Of a stretch of 64,000 nucleotides of DNA, positions 1 to 9,701 are shown piece after piece (position 1 is the stretch's first letter; the number at the start of each line of letters is the position of its first letter). The DNA lies in contig DBMO01000046.1 in assembly GCA_002298995.1 (NCBI GenBank), positions 12,567 through 76,566 on the forward strand, read 5' to 3'. The position numbers and the translations under genes were made by a program. This stretch comes from Desulfarculales bacterium UBA696. Its GTDB lineage: Bacteria > Desulfobacterota > Syntrophobacteria > Syntrophobacterales > Syntrophobacteraceae. The notes under the pieces are model-generated. The model did no database searches and was not told the origin of the DNA. It saw only the letters and a list, made by a program, of their open reading frames with translations.

Positions 1-3
1 CCA

Positions 4-657
4 TTGAAAAGTCGGTTACGAAGGTTTTGTTCGGCCTTTTGTGCATGCATTGCCCTATGTACAGTGGCAGGATGCGCTTCCTACGATGCGAAAAATATTA
101 CCTCAGTATCTATGAGGGGCACATCGGTCAAAGAATTCGCGACCAGTGTCGATGGCGTTGACGTTCGCTGTTGTCCTCTGGTTGACCGGGAAGCAAGCCA
201 AAAATACCTTGGGATTGACCCGTCTTCGGCAGGAGTAATTCCAATATTCCTAAGCATACGTAATAACACTGATAGTCCATTAAAGGTGGAGGTTGGGAAG
301 TGCTTTACTGCAACTGATTCCAGAGGTGGAATCTTTAATGCTTTAACGATTGGTGAAGCTTCTGAACGTGCCAGAAGAAGCGATGTAGTACCTGTGGTCT
401 GGTCCTCCATGATATTCGGAGTGGCCGGCATGATTATAGCCGGGAACCAGGTTGCTGAAGTAAATAGGACAATTGACCAGGATTACCATGAGAAGTCATT
501 CAAACCTACCCTGATCAATTCGGGATTCGAAGGCAAAGGCATAATCTTTTTTGATGTGCCAAAGGAAGAACAAACATCGATCACTTCTCTTGTTTTAACT
601 ACAACTAACTTAAATACTATGGAGCACAAGGAAACGACGCTGGAGTTTCTTAAATAA
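4..657 (+). CDS. Putative lipoprotein, function unknown
   Basis: 217-aa ORF with a TTG start at the window edge, so it could extend upstream. The N-terminus MKSRLRRFCSAFCACIALCTVAGC is a signal peptide ending in a lipobox (AG|C). No catalytic motif recognised. Visibly lower GC than most of the window. Confidence 0.55.
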   Translation: MKSRLRRFCSAFCACIALCTVAGCASYDAKNITSVSMRGTSVKEFATSVDGVDVRCCPLVDREASQKYLGIDPSSAGVIPIFLSIRNNTDSPLKVEVGKCFTATDSRGGIFNALTIGEASERARRSDVVPVVWSSMIFGVAGMIIAGNQVAEVNRTIDQDYHEKSFKPTLINSGFEGKGIIFFDVPKEEQTSITSLVLTTTNLNTMEHKETTLEFLK

Positions 658-683
658 ACTCTGGCTCAAGAAAGGAGGACCTC

Positions 684-1292
684 GTGCCTAACTGCATGCC
701 TCTATTTGTATTTCTCATTATGACTTCTGTATTTATATCTGGTTGTGTCTCAGAGTTGCGCGCAAAACCAGACGACCTGATGAGTACAAAATCATATAAC
801 TCTGGCCATACACTAACCAAACCGATCACAATTGCAGTGTCAGACTTTTCATTGAAGACAGGTAAACCTGATAATGTCATAGGTGAAGCTAAGACAGGGA
901 TTTTTAACTCTCCTATTCCTATTACCTATGGGCAACCAGCCACTACCTTAATTTCTGGTCAAATTAAGAAAGGCTTATCGGGTATGGGGTTCAAAATCGC
1001 AGCACCTGAAGATGCCGAATTCATACTTGATGGGACTATCGAGTCTCTTTGGGTTGAAGAGTATGCAACTGGATTTAGCATGGAATATGCAAAAGCGAAT
1101 GCCAGATACGACGTGGTGTTGAAAGACAAGAATGGGAAAGTTTTGTGGGGAACATCAGTCGAGAGTTACAAGAACTCAAATAAATCAATGGATGCAACTT
1201 ATGACGATCTTCCCACATTGAAAGCTGCTTGTGAGGATTCTATTTCCAAGCTATTTGAGGACCCATCCTTCTGGGGTACCATTTTGAGATGA
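684..1292 (+). CDS. Putative lipoprotein, function unknown
   Basis: GTG start 5 nt after AGGAGG (673-678). The N-terminus ...LIMTSVFISGC carries a lipobox. Lies 26 nt downstream of the previous lipoprotein gene, so probably one operon. Lower GC. Confidence 0.6.
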   Translation: MPNCMPLFVFLIMTSVFISGCVSELRAKPDDLMSTKSYNSGHTLTKPITIAVSDFSLKTGKPDNVIGEAKTGIFNSPIPITYGQPATTLISGQIKKGLSGMGFKIAAPEDAEFILDGTIESLWVEEYATGFSMEYAKANARYDVVLKDKNGKVLWGTSVESYKNSNKSMDATYDDLPTLKAACEDSISKLFEDPSFWGTILR

Positions 1293-1624
1293 TTTCCTCA
1301 ATAATAGCTAAGCAAAGAAGCAGCAGTTATGCTCATGAGGATACGGCTCGATAACGCACCTTGCCACACAGGTAACGGGCAACTTCTTCATATGGGCCCT
1401 GCCGCAGGCAAGAGGGAATAAATCAGTCAGCCCCCCTTTTTTGCTTCGCACACCGGCAATCCCGCTTGGGGCGGAACAGGCACCACCCCGCGCTTTGTGC
1501 CCGGATACGAGCATCCGAGCCACTCGCGGGCATCAAGGCTCATTAAAATGATGTTTTTGGGGACAAAAACGGGCATCTAAGCTGAAAATATAGTCCTTTT
1601 CTAATGCTTTATCTTAAGATATCG

Positions 1625-1710
1625 GCATACTAGCTTGGCCCGACCCCGATCCCTGCGCATACTAGCTTGGCCCGACCCCGATCCCTGCGCCCCGACCCCG
1701 ATCCCTGCGC
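1625..1710. repeat. Tandem repeat: 32-bp unit x2 plus a 20-bp truncated third unit
   Basis: GCATACTAGCTTGGCCCGACCCCGATCCCTGC occurs at 1625-1656 and identically at 1657-1688. A third unit at 1689-1708 lacks the ATACTAGCTTGG part. Located just 3' of the Sel1-repeat gene. Confidence 0.9.
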
Positions 1711-1751
1711 CCAACGAGTTGCCGGTGTTACCCGCTAGCTGCCTATCCCAC

Positions 1752-2597
1752 CTACTTCTTATTGAGCATCTCCATACGATGCAAATTTTCGGCCCCATCT
1801 GCTAAACGCTGCCCCTCAAGTCTCAAGGAATCAGCGATGGCGGTTCCCAGAAAGGCTGCAGGATAAACATCTCTCTTGAAGGCCCGAACGTCTGCAATAA
1901 AGCTATCGATCTGAATCCAAGAGGTCTCCAATTCGGTAGGGCTGAGTTGGCAGGCAATGCTCTCCCTTAGTGACCAGGAATCCTTGCCATCTAAGGACCG
2001 AGGGTCTGTGCACCGAGTTTCTAGCGAAATCCAAAAATAAGCAGATAAAAGATCACGAGGGCCGCCAATCCCTTTGCTGACGAATCGCGCAAGATCCTTC
2101 CAGCACATTCTGTCACCGAAATCTGCTCCTCGTTGGTAGTACCTGCGGGCAGTGATTGCGTCTGGCCGGCCAAAGTAGCCATCCTCGAAAGCCTTGGCGA
2201 GATCCCGACAAGCTGCGCCACTTAAACGCGCTGCATCCTCCAGGAGGGTTTGAGCGGCGGATTGAGGAGTGTCTCCGAAGTCAATATACATTGGCCATCC
2301 ATCGCGAATCTGGATGGCAACAGTCCTCTGTGCCTCAGGATGTCTGAGCCGGGCGGCCTTGAGCAGCCACGGGACTCCCAACCCTTCATCGTGCTTCTCG
2401 AAAGAGTAGTAGAGATAGAGACGCCATGAGGCATCGGCATCACCGAATTTGACTCGCTCCTCAAGACGTTGCTTTTGCTCGTAAGAAAGGTCAAGGCCAT
2501 GTCCATGTCGAAGCAGAAGGTCCTGCGCGTGCGATGCAGGGGGGTATACGATGAGACAGCATATCAATAGTAAGGGAGCATACTTCAAAGGCATCAT
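1752..2597 (-). CDS. Secreted Sel1-like (TPR-family) repeat protein
   Basis: The ORF extends to 2690, but MMPLKYAPLLLICCLIVYPPASHAQ (ATG at 2597) is a signal peptide. Repeated Sel1-like segments are present, e.g. AARRYYQRGADFGD...LLSAYFWISL and EAQRTVAIQ. Confidence 0.65.
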   Translation of the reverse strand: MMPLKYAPLLLICCLIVYPPASHAQDLLLRHGHGLDLSYEQKQRLEERVKFGDADASWRLYLYYSFEKHDEGLGVPWLLKAARLRHPEAQRTVAIQIRDGWPMYIDFGDTPQSAAQTLLEDAARLSGAACRDLAKAFEDGYFGRPDAITARRYYQRGADFGDRMCWKDLARFVSKGIGGPRDLLSAYFWISLETRCTDPRSLDGKDSWSLRESIACQLSPTELETSWIQIDSFIADVRAFKRDVYPAAFLGTAIADSLRLEGQRLADGAENLHRMEMLNKK

Positions 2598-2789
2598 CTC
2601 ATCTCTGACGGCCAAAAACCTGTTTTGGAGTCCCTTCTGCGAATGTGTAATGTATGAAACAAAGCCATTTAGCGCCGACTTGCTCGTCATGTCAAGAACG
2701 GCAAAGGGAATCCTTTCCCCTTTTCACACTATCCTTCACACCCCCGAAACACAAATGGGCTGACCATCAGGCCAACCCATTGTTTTTTC

Positions 2790-2864
2790 TGGCTCCCCGG
2801 GACGGACTCGAACCATCAACCTAGTGGTTAACAGCCACCCGCTCTGCCGTTGAGCTACCGGGGA
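2790..2864 (-). tRNA. tRNA-Asn (anticodon GTT)
   Basis: Minus strand reads TCCCCGGTAGCTCAACGGCAGAGCGGGTGGCTGTTAACCACTAGGTTGATGGTTCGAGTCCGTCCCGGGGAGCCA. Acceptor stem is TCCCCGG/CCGGGGA, the anticodon loop is CTGTTAA, the T-loop is TTCGAGT, and CCA is encoded. Confidence 0.95.
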
Positions 2865-2964
2865 ATAATCGGAAGTGACCTGTTTATCAAAGCCCTCCCG
2901 GTTTGTCAATAGAGAGGGGACCCGCAACACGCAACACAACTCGCAACCCACAAACCACCCTGAG

Positions 2965-5049
2965 CTACTTCTGCTTCTCCCGCTCTTTCTTTATGACTTC
3001 CTCGGCAATGGCCTTGGGAACAGGGTTGTAGCGGGCGAATTCCATGGTGAATTCGGCTTTGCCCTGGGTTGCGGAGCGAAGGACAGTCGAGTAGCCAAAC
3101 ATCTCTGAGAGCGGGACTTCGGATTCGATGTTCGAGAAAACGCCGTCTTCAGAGGTGCTAAGGATTATTCCGCGTCTCTGGTTGAGGCTTGCCAGTACTG
3201 CTCCCTGGAATTCCGTTGGGGTTTCGACCACAACGCGCATTAATGGTTCGAGCAAAACCGGTTGCGAGCGCTGGTAGGCTTCGCGGAAGGCCCCTATAGC
3301 GGCCTGCTGGAAAGCGATATCCGATGAGTCGACCGAATGGGACGCGCCATCGTTTATGGTAATCTTCACTCCAACCACGGGAAATCCGGCAAGCGCGCCC
3401 TTGGCGAGGCATGCGCGGAATCCTTTTTCGCACGACGGGATGTACTCGGTTGGTATAGCTCCGCCGGTCACCTTGTTTACGAATTCGAACTCGCCTTCCG
3501 CCAGCGATTCCATGAACCCAGCCACTCGACCGAATTGGCCCGAGCCGCCGGTCTGCTTTTTATGCGTGTAATTGAAATCGGAGTTGCGGGTTGGGGATTC
3601 GCGGTAGGCAACCCTTGGCATCCCGGTCTCGACGTCGGCGTTATATTCGCGGCGCATGCGCTCGACGTAGACATCAAGATGAAGCTCGCCCATGCCGCAG
3701 ATTATCGTCTCCGAGGTCTCCTCGTCGAGGTAGACCTTGAAGGTCGGGTCTTCTTTGGAAAAGCGCGTAAGGGCCTTGCTTAAGTTCATTTCGGCCTTTT
3801 TGTCCTTGGGCTTCACGGCGAGCGATATAACCGGTTCGGGAACGTGCATCGAGGTCATCGCATAGCGCACCCGCTCGTCGGTAAACGTGTCGCCGGAGGC
3901 GCAATCGATTCCGAACAGGGCAACGATATCTCCCGCGGCCGCGGATTCGATTTCTTCCATCTCGTCGGCGTGCATCCGAACGAGGCGTCCCACCTTTACA
4001 CGCTTTCCAGTGCGGGTGTTCGAAATTGTGTCGCCGCGGTTTAGCGTCCCCTGGTAGAGGCGAACATATGTCAGCTGGCCGTAGCGGCCGACTTCGAGCT
4101 TGAAGGCCAGCATAACGAGCGGCAAGTCCGGAGAGCTGCCGAGTATGATGCGTTCTTCATCGCGGTCGAGATCCAGTGCCTCGTTCTTGATATTGAGAGG
4201 AGAAGGCAGGTATCTCAGAACGGCATCGAGGAGCGGCTGGACGCCTTTGTTCTTGTAGGCAGATCCTATAAGGACCGGGGTCAGCTGGAGTGAGAGAGTG
4301 CCTTTGCGGACCGCGTCGTAAATCATTTCTTCCGTTATGGTATCCTCGCCCAGGATGGCTTCGGTGAGATCGTCCGAGAAGAGCGAGATGGCATCAAGCA
4401 TTTCTTCGCGTTTTTCGCCGGCAAGTTCCACAAATTCCGCCGGTATTTCACTCTCGGTAATTACATCGCCGAAATCGCCGTCAAAGGTGATGGCCTTCAT
4501 TGTGATCAAATCGATAATTCCATGGAAATTATTTTCAAGGCCCATCGGAATCTGGAGAAGAACCGGATTGTGGTTGAGCTTTTCCTTGAGCTGGCGCGCC
4601 ACCCGCAGAGGGTCGGCGCCCGTCCTGTCGCACTTGTTGACAAATGCAATTCGAGGGACACCGTAGCGCACCATCTGACGATCGACGGTAACCGATTGGG
4701 ACTGGACCCCGCCAACAGCGCATAAAACGAGCACCGCGCCGTCCAACACACGCAAGGCGCGTTCGACCTCGATAGTGAAGTCGACGTGGCCAGGGGTGTC
4801 GATAATGTTTACCGGGTGACCGTCCCAGGTGCAACAGGTAGCGGCCGACTGGATGGTGATTCCGCGCTCTTTTTCGAGTTCCATGAAGTCCATGGTGGCC
4901 CCGACGCCGTCTTTGCCCTTTACGTCATGGATGGCGTGAATGCGGTCAGTGTAGAACAGGATGCGTTCGGTAAGGGTTGTTTTTCCCGAATCGATGTGAG
5001 CGCTTATCCCGATGTTTCGAATTTTTTCTCGTGCGTCGCTGCTGGACAT
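2965..5049 (-). CDS. fusA: Elongation factor G (stand-alone copy, not in an rpsL-rpsG-fusA-tuf operon)
   Basis: GTPase motifs [17 protein letters not shown] and NKCD, with full EF-G domain order. Start chosen at [15 protein letters not shown] (GGAG 6 nt upstream). The ORF is open to 5226, but that extension looks non-coding. Confidence 0.9.
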   Translation of the reverse strand: MSSSDAREKIRNIGISAHIDSGKTTLTERILFYTDRIHAIHDVKGKDGVGATMDFMELEKERGITIQSAATCCTWDGHPVNIIDTPGHVDFTIEVERALRVLDGAVLVLCAVGGVQSQSVTVDRQMVRYGVPRIAFVNKCDRTGADPLRVARQLKEKLNHNPVLLQIPMGLENNFHGIIDLITMKAITFDGDFGDVITESEIPAEFVELAGEKREEMLDAISLFSDDLTEAILGEDTITEEMIYDAVRKGTLSLQLTPVLIGSAYKNKGVQPLLDAVLRYLPSPLNIKNEALDLDRDEERIILGSSPDLPLVMLAFKLEVGRYGQLTYVRLYQGTLNRGDTISNTRTGKRVKVGRLVRMHADEMEEIESAAAGDIVALFGIDCASGDTFTDERVRYAMTSMHVPEPVISLAVKPKDKKAEMNLSKALTRFSKEDPTFKVYLDEETSETIICGMGELHLDVYVERMRREYNADVETGMPRVAYRESPTRNSDFNYTHKKQTGGSGQFGRVAGFMESLAEGEFEFVNKVTGGAIPTEYIPSCEKGFRACLAKGALAGFPVVGVKITINDGASHSVDSSDIAFQQAAIGAFREAYQRSQPVLLEPLMRVVVETPTEFQGAVLASLNQRRGIILSTSEDGVFSNIESEVPLSEMFGYSTVLRSATQGKAEFTMEFARYNPVPKAIAEEVIKKEREKQK

Positions 5050-5484
5050 GCTTTGCTCCAGGCGCTTGCCGTTGCGCCGTGCTTTTTCGTCTTTTACCAA
5101 TATAAGGGGTGTACTGGGGCTCCTTGCCTCAGGTGTAGCCATTGTGGTTCTTTCCGCTGCTTCTTTCAATCCTATACACCAGTTCTGTCTATGAGCATAT
5201 CGGGGTTGCACTCGGCTGGACCCCAACCTGAATAAGCTTCCGCTGACTCATTTAAATGAAATCACCACGACCATTTAGCGGAGCGGCATTACGCCGGGAG
5301 AGCGGCTTCCAGCCATTGCTTCTCAGCACCCGGCTCACACTTCGCGGCTGAAATCCACTCCAACGAACCTGTATTGCAGGCGGTATTTTGTGCTACCACG
5401 GTAACCTGGAAGGCTGGACGGCCGGCGGGTTTACCCGAACACAGAATTTCGCGGAGCGGGCTTTTGCATTTCGGCCCGCGTTGG

Positions 5485-5516
5485 TAAAAAAGAACGGGCA
5501 CTTTTTACAGTGCCCG
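5485..5516 (-). terminator. Rho-independent terminator after the MepA-like gene
   Basis: Minus strand reads GGGCACT-gtaaaa-AGTGCCC followed by gttctttttt. Confidence 0.6.
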
Positions 5517-5599
5517 CATCTAAAGTCCCTATCTATAACCCAATTCCAAGAAAATGAAAAGAGAAATCTGGGCTAATCGCGTTTTGAATTATCTACGAG

Positions 5600-7504
5600 C
5601 TACCTCGCCCTGTTTTGGGCAAGCATGCCGGGTGCGCTCTTTTGCTTCGCGCCGGCAGTCTCGCCTCTTTTGACAGGCTTACCTGATTTGGCTTCGACCG
5701 CTTTTTTCGAAACGTTTTTCTTTGCGGCAGCCGGAACTTTTACAGTGCTTTTCGAGGCGCTCGCAGCCTTTCCACTCGGTTTGGAAGCCGACTTGGCGAC
5801 AGCGGCAGTCTTAGCTGACTTAGACTTGGTCACCGTCTTTGCGGATTTTGCCTCGGAAGCCTTCTCCACCTTCGGAACAGCCTTCACCGGGGCCTTTGCA
5901 TCCTGAGCACCCTCTACCTGGCGTGAAGGACTTCCCTTCACGGCGGGTCCCTTGCCGGCGGGATAGTTGATCGGGCAGGCAGCGGGCCCCAAGGCAGGTC
6001 TCACGCGCAGATTGGCCTGGGTCAACTTTATTTTCTGTCCCGGCTTTAGGCCGGCGTTTCTTCTCAGACTGTTAAGCTGGCACAGAACATCGATTGATAT
6101 TCCGGATTTTCTGGAAATTCTTTGCAGGGTGTCGCCCCTGCCAACCGTGTAAAATGCGGCCGTTCCGTTGGGTTTCTTGGGATCGGAAGTAAAGCATATA
6201 GGCGAGGATGAGGAAGCCTTTTTAGGCGCATCGGTTGCCGTTTGCCCGGAATCGGCAACTACCATTCTCGTTCCGGTCTTAAGCGAGCGGCCGGGAACGA
6301 GTTTCGTTGTCTTGCTGATCCCATTGAGTTTGCATATAAGATTGACATCCGCCTTGCTGCGCTTTGCTATAACTGCCAGAGTGTCGCCCCTGCGAACCTT
6401 GTAGACCAGGGACTGCGCACTCCTCCGGGGAGCGGCAGGTTCAGCCGGCTCAACTGTTTCCTCTTCAAATTTCTGCTCCTCGTCACTGCCGGCGGCATCG
6501 GCCATCTTCACAGGCTCGGATGATTCGGTCTGCACGGAAGCCACCCTGATTCTTGGCGCCTCGGCTATGTAGCCGGGCTGTATGGACCTAGCGAGAAGAA
6601 CCGGCTCGCTCTCGAAGCTCCTCTTGTAAAACACCAGGCAGCTTCCGGGTACCGGGAGGGCGTTGGGGCTAAGCCGATTCCAGCGGCAAAGGTCGCGCTT
6701 GGTTGCTCCAAAGCTTTGTGCGATGGCATCCAGGTTCGACTCCGAACCGTTCACATAGTAGTTGACCTTCGTCGGCATGTACGACTGCTGAGCGATGTCG
6801 ACCACCTGCGACTTCTCTGTCTCCCCATCCCCGATATGCGCGGCAAGCGTCGACCACGGGGTAAAGAAGCGGACGTGCATGTGGTCGTAATGGTTTCTCA
6901 CGTGCTGGATAAGAGACCCCCTGACGTTTCCGAAGACGCGGTCAAGGTAGGACTGGTCATAGCCGCGGGTCACGGCGTATTCGTACAGGACCTTCTGGAG
7001 CCGGCGGTCCAGAAAGATATACTGGACTCGCTGGGAACGGATTATGTTTTCGATGAGACACCATGTTTTCGGCGCATCGAGGTTGTCCTCGTTCATGGCG
7101 ACAAAGGTTTCCATGGGGACGTTGCCCTTACGATACATTCCTATATCGACGTCCCGGCCGTTCTGGTGGGACCTGTGATGAATGGCCGAGCCCCCACCGG
7201 AGATTGAAAAATCACCCAGAAACACGTCACATGTATCCGGAAACTCGGTGCGCACGGCTTCGATTGCATCGAGCAGAGCGCCGACCACTTCCGGCGTTGT
7301 GTAGCTCCTGTTTTCATCGCGAAGGTGATATCCGGGAAATTGATTCGGAAAAATTACGCCGTTTTCGATGCGCCCGTGATACGGCGCGCCGTAGGATGCG
7401 GTAAGTGCTTGAGATTGTTGCACATAGGTTACTGCGGAAACGATGACTGCCGTCGAGACTACCAAGGCATAGTTTAATGCCCTCGCGGAGTAGTACCTCC
7501 CCAT
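5600..7504 (-). CDS. Membrane-anchored murein endopeptidase (M74/MepA-like) with three LysM domains and a Lys/Ala-rich C-terminal tail
   Basis: N-terminal TM helix. HHRSHQNGRDVDIGMY and HYDHMHVRF match the MepA zinc-site motifs (H.SHQ.G.D.D and H..H.H.R). LysM-like segments are YYVNGSESNLDAIAQSF..., YKVRRGDTLAVIAKRS... and YTVGRGDTLQRISRKSGI.... The last ~100 aa are AKxAxK-type low complexity. RBS GGAGGGGGG. Confidence 0.8.
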   Translation of the reverse strand: MGRYYSARALNYALVVSTAVIVSAVTYVQQSQALTASYGAPYHGRIENGVIFPNQFPGYHLRDENRSYTTPEVVGALLDAIEAVRTEFPDTCDVFLGDFSISGGGSAIHHRSHQNGRDVDIGMYRKGNVPMETFVAMNEDNLDAPKTWCLIENIIRSQRVQYIFLDRRLQKVLYEYAVTRGYDQSYLDRVFGNVRGSLIQHVRNHYDHMHVRFFTPWSTLAAHIGDGETEKSQVVDIAQQSYMPTKVNYYVNGSESNLDAIAQSFGATKRDLCRWNRLSPNALPVPGSCLVFYKRSFESEPVLLARSIQPGYIAEAPRIRVASVQTESSEPVKMADAAGSDEEQKFEEETVEPAEPAAPRRSAQSLVYKVRRGDTLAVIAKRSKADVNLICKLNGISKTTKLVPGRSLKTGTRMVVADSGQTATDAPKKASSSSPICFTSDPKKPNGTAAFYTVGRGDTLQRISRKSGISIDVLCQLNSLRRNAGLKPGQKIKLTQANLRVRPALGPAACPINYPAGKGPAVKGSPSRQVEGAQDAKAPVKAVPKVEKASEAKSAKTVTKSKSAKTAAVAKSASKPSGKAASASKSTVKVPAAAKKNVSKKAVEAKSGKPVKRGETAGAKQKSAPGMLAQNRAR

Positions 7505-7910
7505 AAACCCCCCCTCCAGATGTTACCTCAAAGAGTTCCCCCCTCAGCCACAACGGCTAAACCAAACTCTTCTAGGAGATGGGCTTTACTACCAAAGAAG
7601 ATATCGCGGTGTCAAACACTTTTTCAATTCATTTACGGTTTCAGCTCATCGACTAGCGCAACATACCGATATTACATAGGAATTGGGTTGAACTACAAAT
7701 TATGAAACAGTTATTGGCGAGGCATAGGAAAATGCAAGTGATTCTAGCAAGATAAACGGCGCCTAAACCATTTCCAATACACAACTGCGATTTTAATATC
7801 ATTTCAAACAATAATGTATAATGGATGCAGGAAAACTTATCGAGGTGGAGATAAGAGGCGAATATATTATAGGTTTATTGGATGAAAACAAAATTGCACC
7901 GTGAACCGTT

Positions 7911-9701
7911 TTACGTTTTCCGGTTCCCTTCCTCTTTCAGAATTCCGTAGGGGTCGCCCAAAAACAGCGCCCGCCCATTGTCGTTTGTAGAGACCGGAAC
8001 ATATTCGATCAGGATGGGGATTGGTTGCGCCAGCTTGACAAAAGTCTGCTTATCGCCCTTGAGGATCGTTTCCACTTTCTGGGCGTATGGATTGTTGTCC
8101 TCGCTGAGAAGGAATTCAGCGAGCTTGAGCGCCTTGTCAACCCTGATGCACCCGTGCGAGAAGTCCCTTCGCGCCCTCTCGAAAAGGCTTTTTTTCGGGG
8201 TGTCATGGAGATAGACGGCGTAGACGTTGGGGAATTCGAATTTAACGCGCCCAAGCGCGTTTCCGGGGCCGGGCCGCTGAAACATGCGGTTCTGTCCCCA
8301 CGTCACATACCCATGTTTGGCAAACCACTCAGGGTCGGATTTTGCTTCGGAGTTGAGTTCGAGCTGGATACGGTCCGAGACATACCAGCGCGGATTGAGG
8401 ATGACCTGCTCGATTGTGCTGACCAGGGTCGGAGTTTGATTTTCACCGATCATCCTGCCCCTGAATTTCACCTTCTTCCCGGAAGCTCTGCCCACCACCA
8501 CCCGGTGTGTGGCCTCGATCTTTCCATCCCTATAGTATTCGAGCTGGAACTGCGGGATATTGATCCGTATATACCGGCTGAGCTTACGGGCCTGACTGTG
8601 CCGAGTGTAATTCAGGGCATAGGCGATCATGTCCACTTTTTCTCGGAAAGGGACATTGAGCCACTCCCGCGTGCGCTGGCCCACCACCCCGTCCGGGTCA
8701 ACGAGGTGCATGGACTGGAATTCCCTCACGGCCCGCTGTGTCTCGGCGTCATAGAACCCTGTGACGGAGCCGGAATATAGACCCTCTTGCTGAAGCCTTT
8801 TCTGGAGTTCGCGCACGTGGTTGCCGGATTCTCCGGGACGAAGGGAGGCTGAAGCGCTAAAGGATTGCTGGTGCGTGCCGGCGGCAAGTTCCCTGTACCG
8901 CGCATAAGCTGCAACAAGGGTCCGGTAATGCTGGGGTTGCGGCTCCAGGTCCTTTAGAATCTGAGCCATCGGAACCATGCCGGAAAGGGCCTGCGACTGC
9001 TCTTCGCCTGAAAATGGGTTCATCTCATTGGCAAAGCGGGAGAAGGCAGCTGCGAGGGCAATATCAAGTTCGGCTGAAGCCCTGAAGGCATCCCGATAGA
9101 GCCGTAGTTGGTCTGGGATCGAGACCTGCGTTTGCGCGGGAGCAGGCGAAGCTTCCCCCGGATTTGCCGTCTGCCGAGAAGAGGCAGCCTGAGAAGGCAT
9201 GGAGAGCAAGGCGTCCGCGGCGGCCTCGCTCACGTCCAGCCGCAGGGCCTGCAAAGCGGCCCTCGCCCGGTCGAGTTTCTCGAATGCAGCGCGGAGCTGA
9301 TCGAGCTTGTAGGGAGCTGGATCGATCGCCTCATCCCCGAGAGAATGCAACCGTGCGCTGACAAGCCTTCCCGACTCATTTATCTCGAAGCGCGAATCAA
9401 CAAAGAAAGGTTTCCAGCCGCTGAGCTGATAACCCAGTCTCACAGGGTCGGGACGCGGAGGTCCTACCGGGGCATCGTAGGGCAGGATTTCCCATATCTG
9501 CTCTTTCCACTGCTCTGAAGAAGCCTTCGAGGGCTTCGCAGCCGGCTGTTTTTCCGCCTGGGCGGCGGGCATAAGATTTTGGTTGGATGCTCTTTCACCA
9601 ACTTCGGCTGACGTCGAACCGTGAAGCAGTACGGATACGAAAACAAAGGCCGAGGCAACAAAGAGAACCTGCTTAATTGGGAGTAGCTTTCCGATTATCA
9701 T
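7911..9701 (-). CDS. L,D-transpeptidase, YcbB/LdtD type, with PG_binding_1 domain
   Basis: Signal/anchor sequence at the N-terminus. Peptidoglycan-binding segment LQKRLQQEGLYSGSVTGFYDAETQRAVREFQ. YkuD catalytic motif LHDTP...FSHGCIRV. Confidence 0.85.
   Translation of the reverse strand: MIIGKLLPIKQVLFVASAFVFVSVLLHGSTSAEVGERASNQNLMPAAQAEKQPAAKPSKASSEQWKEQIWEILPYDAPVGPPRPDPVRLGYQLSGWKPFFVDSRFEINESGRLVSARLHSLGDEAIDPAPYKLDQLRAAFEKLDRARAALQALRLDVSEAAADALLSMPSQAASSRQTANPGEASPAPAQTQVSIPDQLRLYRDAFRASAELDIALAAAFSRFANEMNPFSGEEQSQALSGMVPMAQILKDLEPQPQHYRTLVAAYARYRELAAGTHQQSFSASASLRPGESGNHVRELQKRLQQEGLYSGSVTGFYDAETQRAVREFQSMHLVDPDGVVGQRTREWLNVPFREKVDMIAYALNYTRHSQARKLSRYIRINIPQFQLEYYRDGKIEATHRVVVGRASGKKVKFRGRMIGENQTPTLVSTIEQVILNPRWYVSDRIQLELNSEAKSDPEWFAKHGYVTWGQNRMFQRPGPGNALGRVKFEFPNVYAVYLHDTPKKSLFERARRDFSHGCIRVDKALKLAEFLLSEDNNPYAQKVETILKGDKQTFVKLAQPIPILIEYVPVSTNDNGRALFLGDPYGILKEEGNRKT

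Noticed and set aside
1293-1600. Structured ncRNA (tmRNA, RNase P, SRP, 6S or riboswitch) in the 460-bp gap after the lipoprotein genes, and in the other gaps over 400 bp
   Set aside because: No hallmark motifs were seen, such as the GGAAAGTCCGGGC of RNase P, a tmRNA tag/terminal TCCACCA, or the SRP GGAAGCAGCC core. The region contains only weak hairpins. This was not excluded computationally.
1625-1710. Possible CRISPR array
   Set aside because: The repeats are directly adjacent with no spacers, there are only 2.6 units, and there are no cas genes in the window.
5050-5226. N-terminal extension of EF-G (ORF open to 5226); similar extensions for the dynamin-like gene (to 28133), the meaB-like gene (to 21487) and the Sel1 gene (to 2690)
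   Set aside because: The internal starts have Shine-Dalgarno sequences and give canonical N-termini. The extensions translate to atypical sequence, and for the dynamin-like gene the extension crosses a repeat element.
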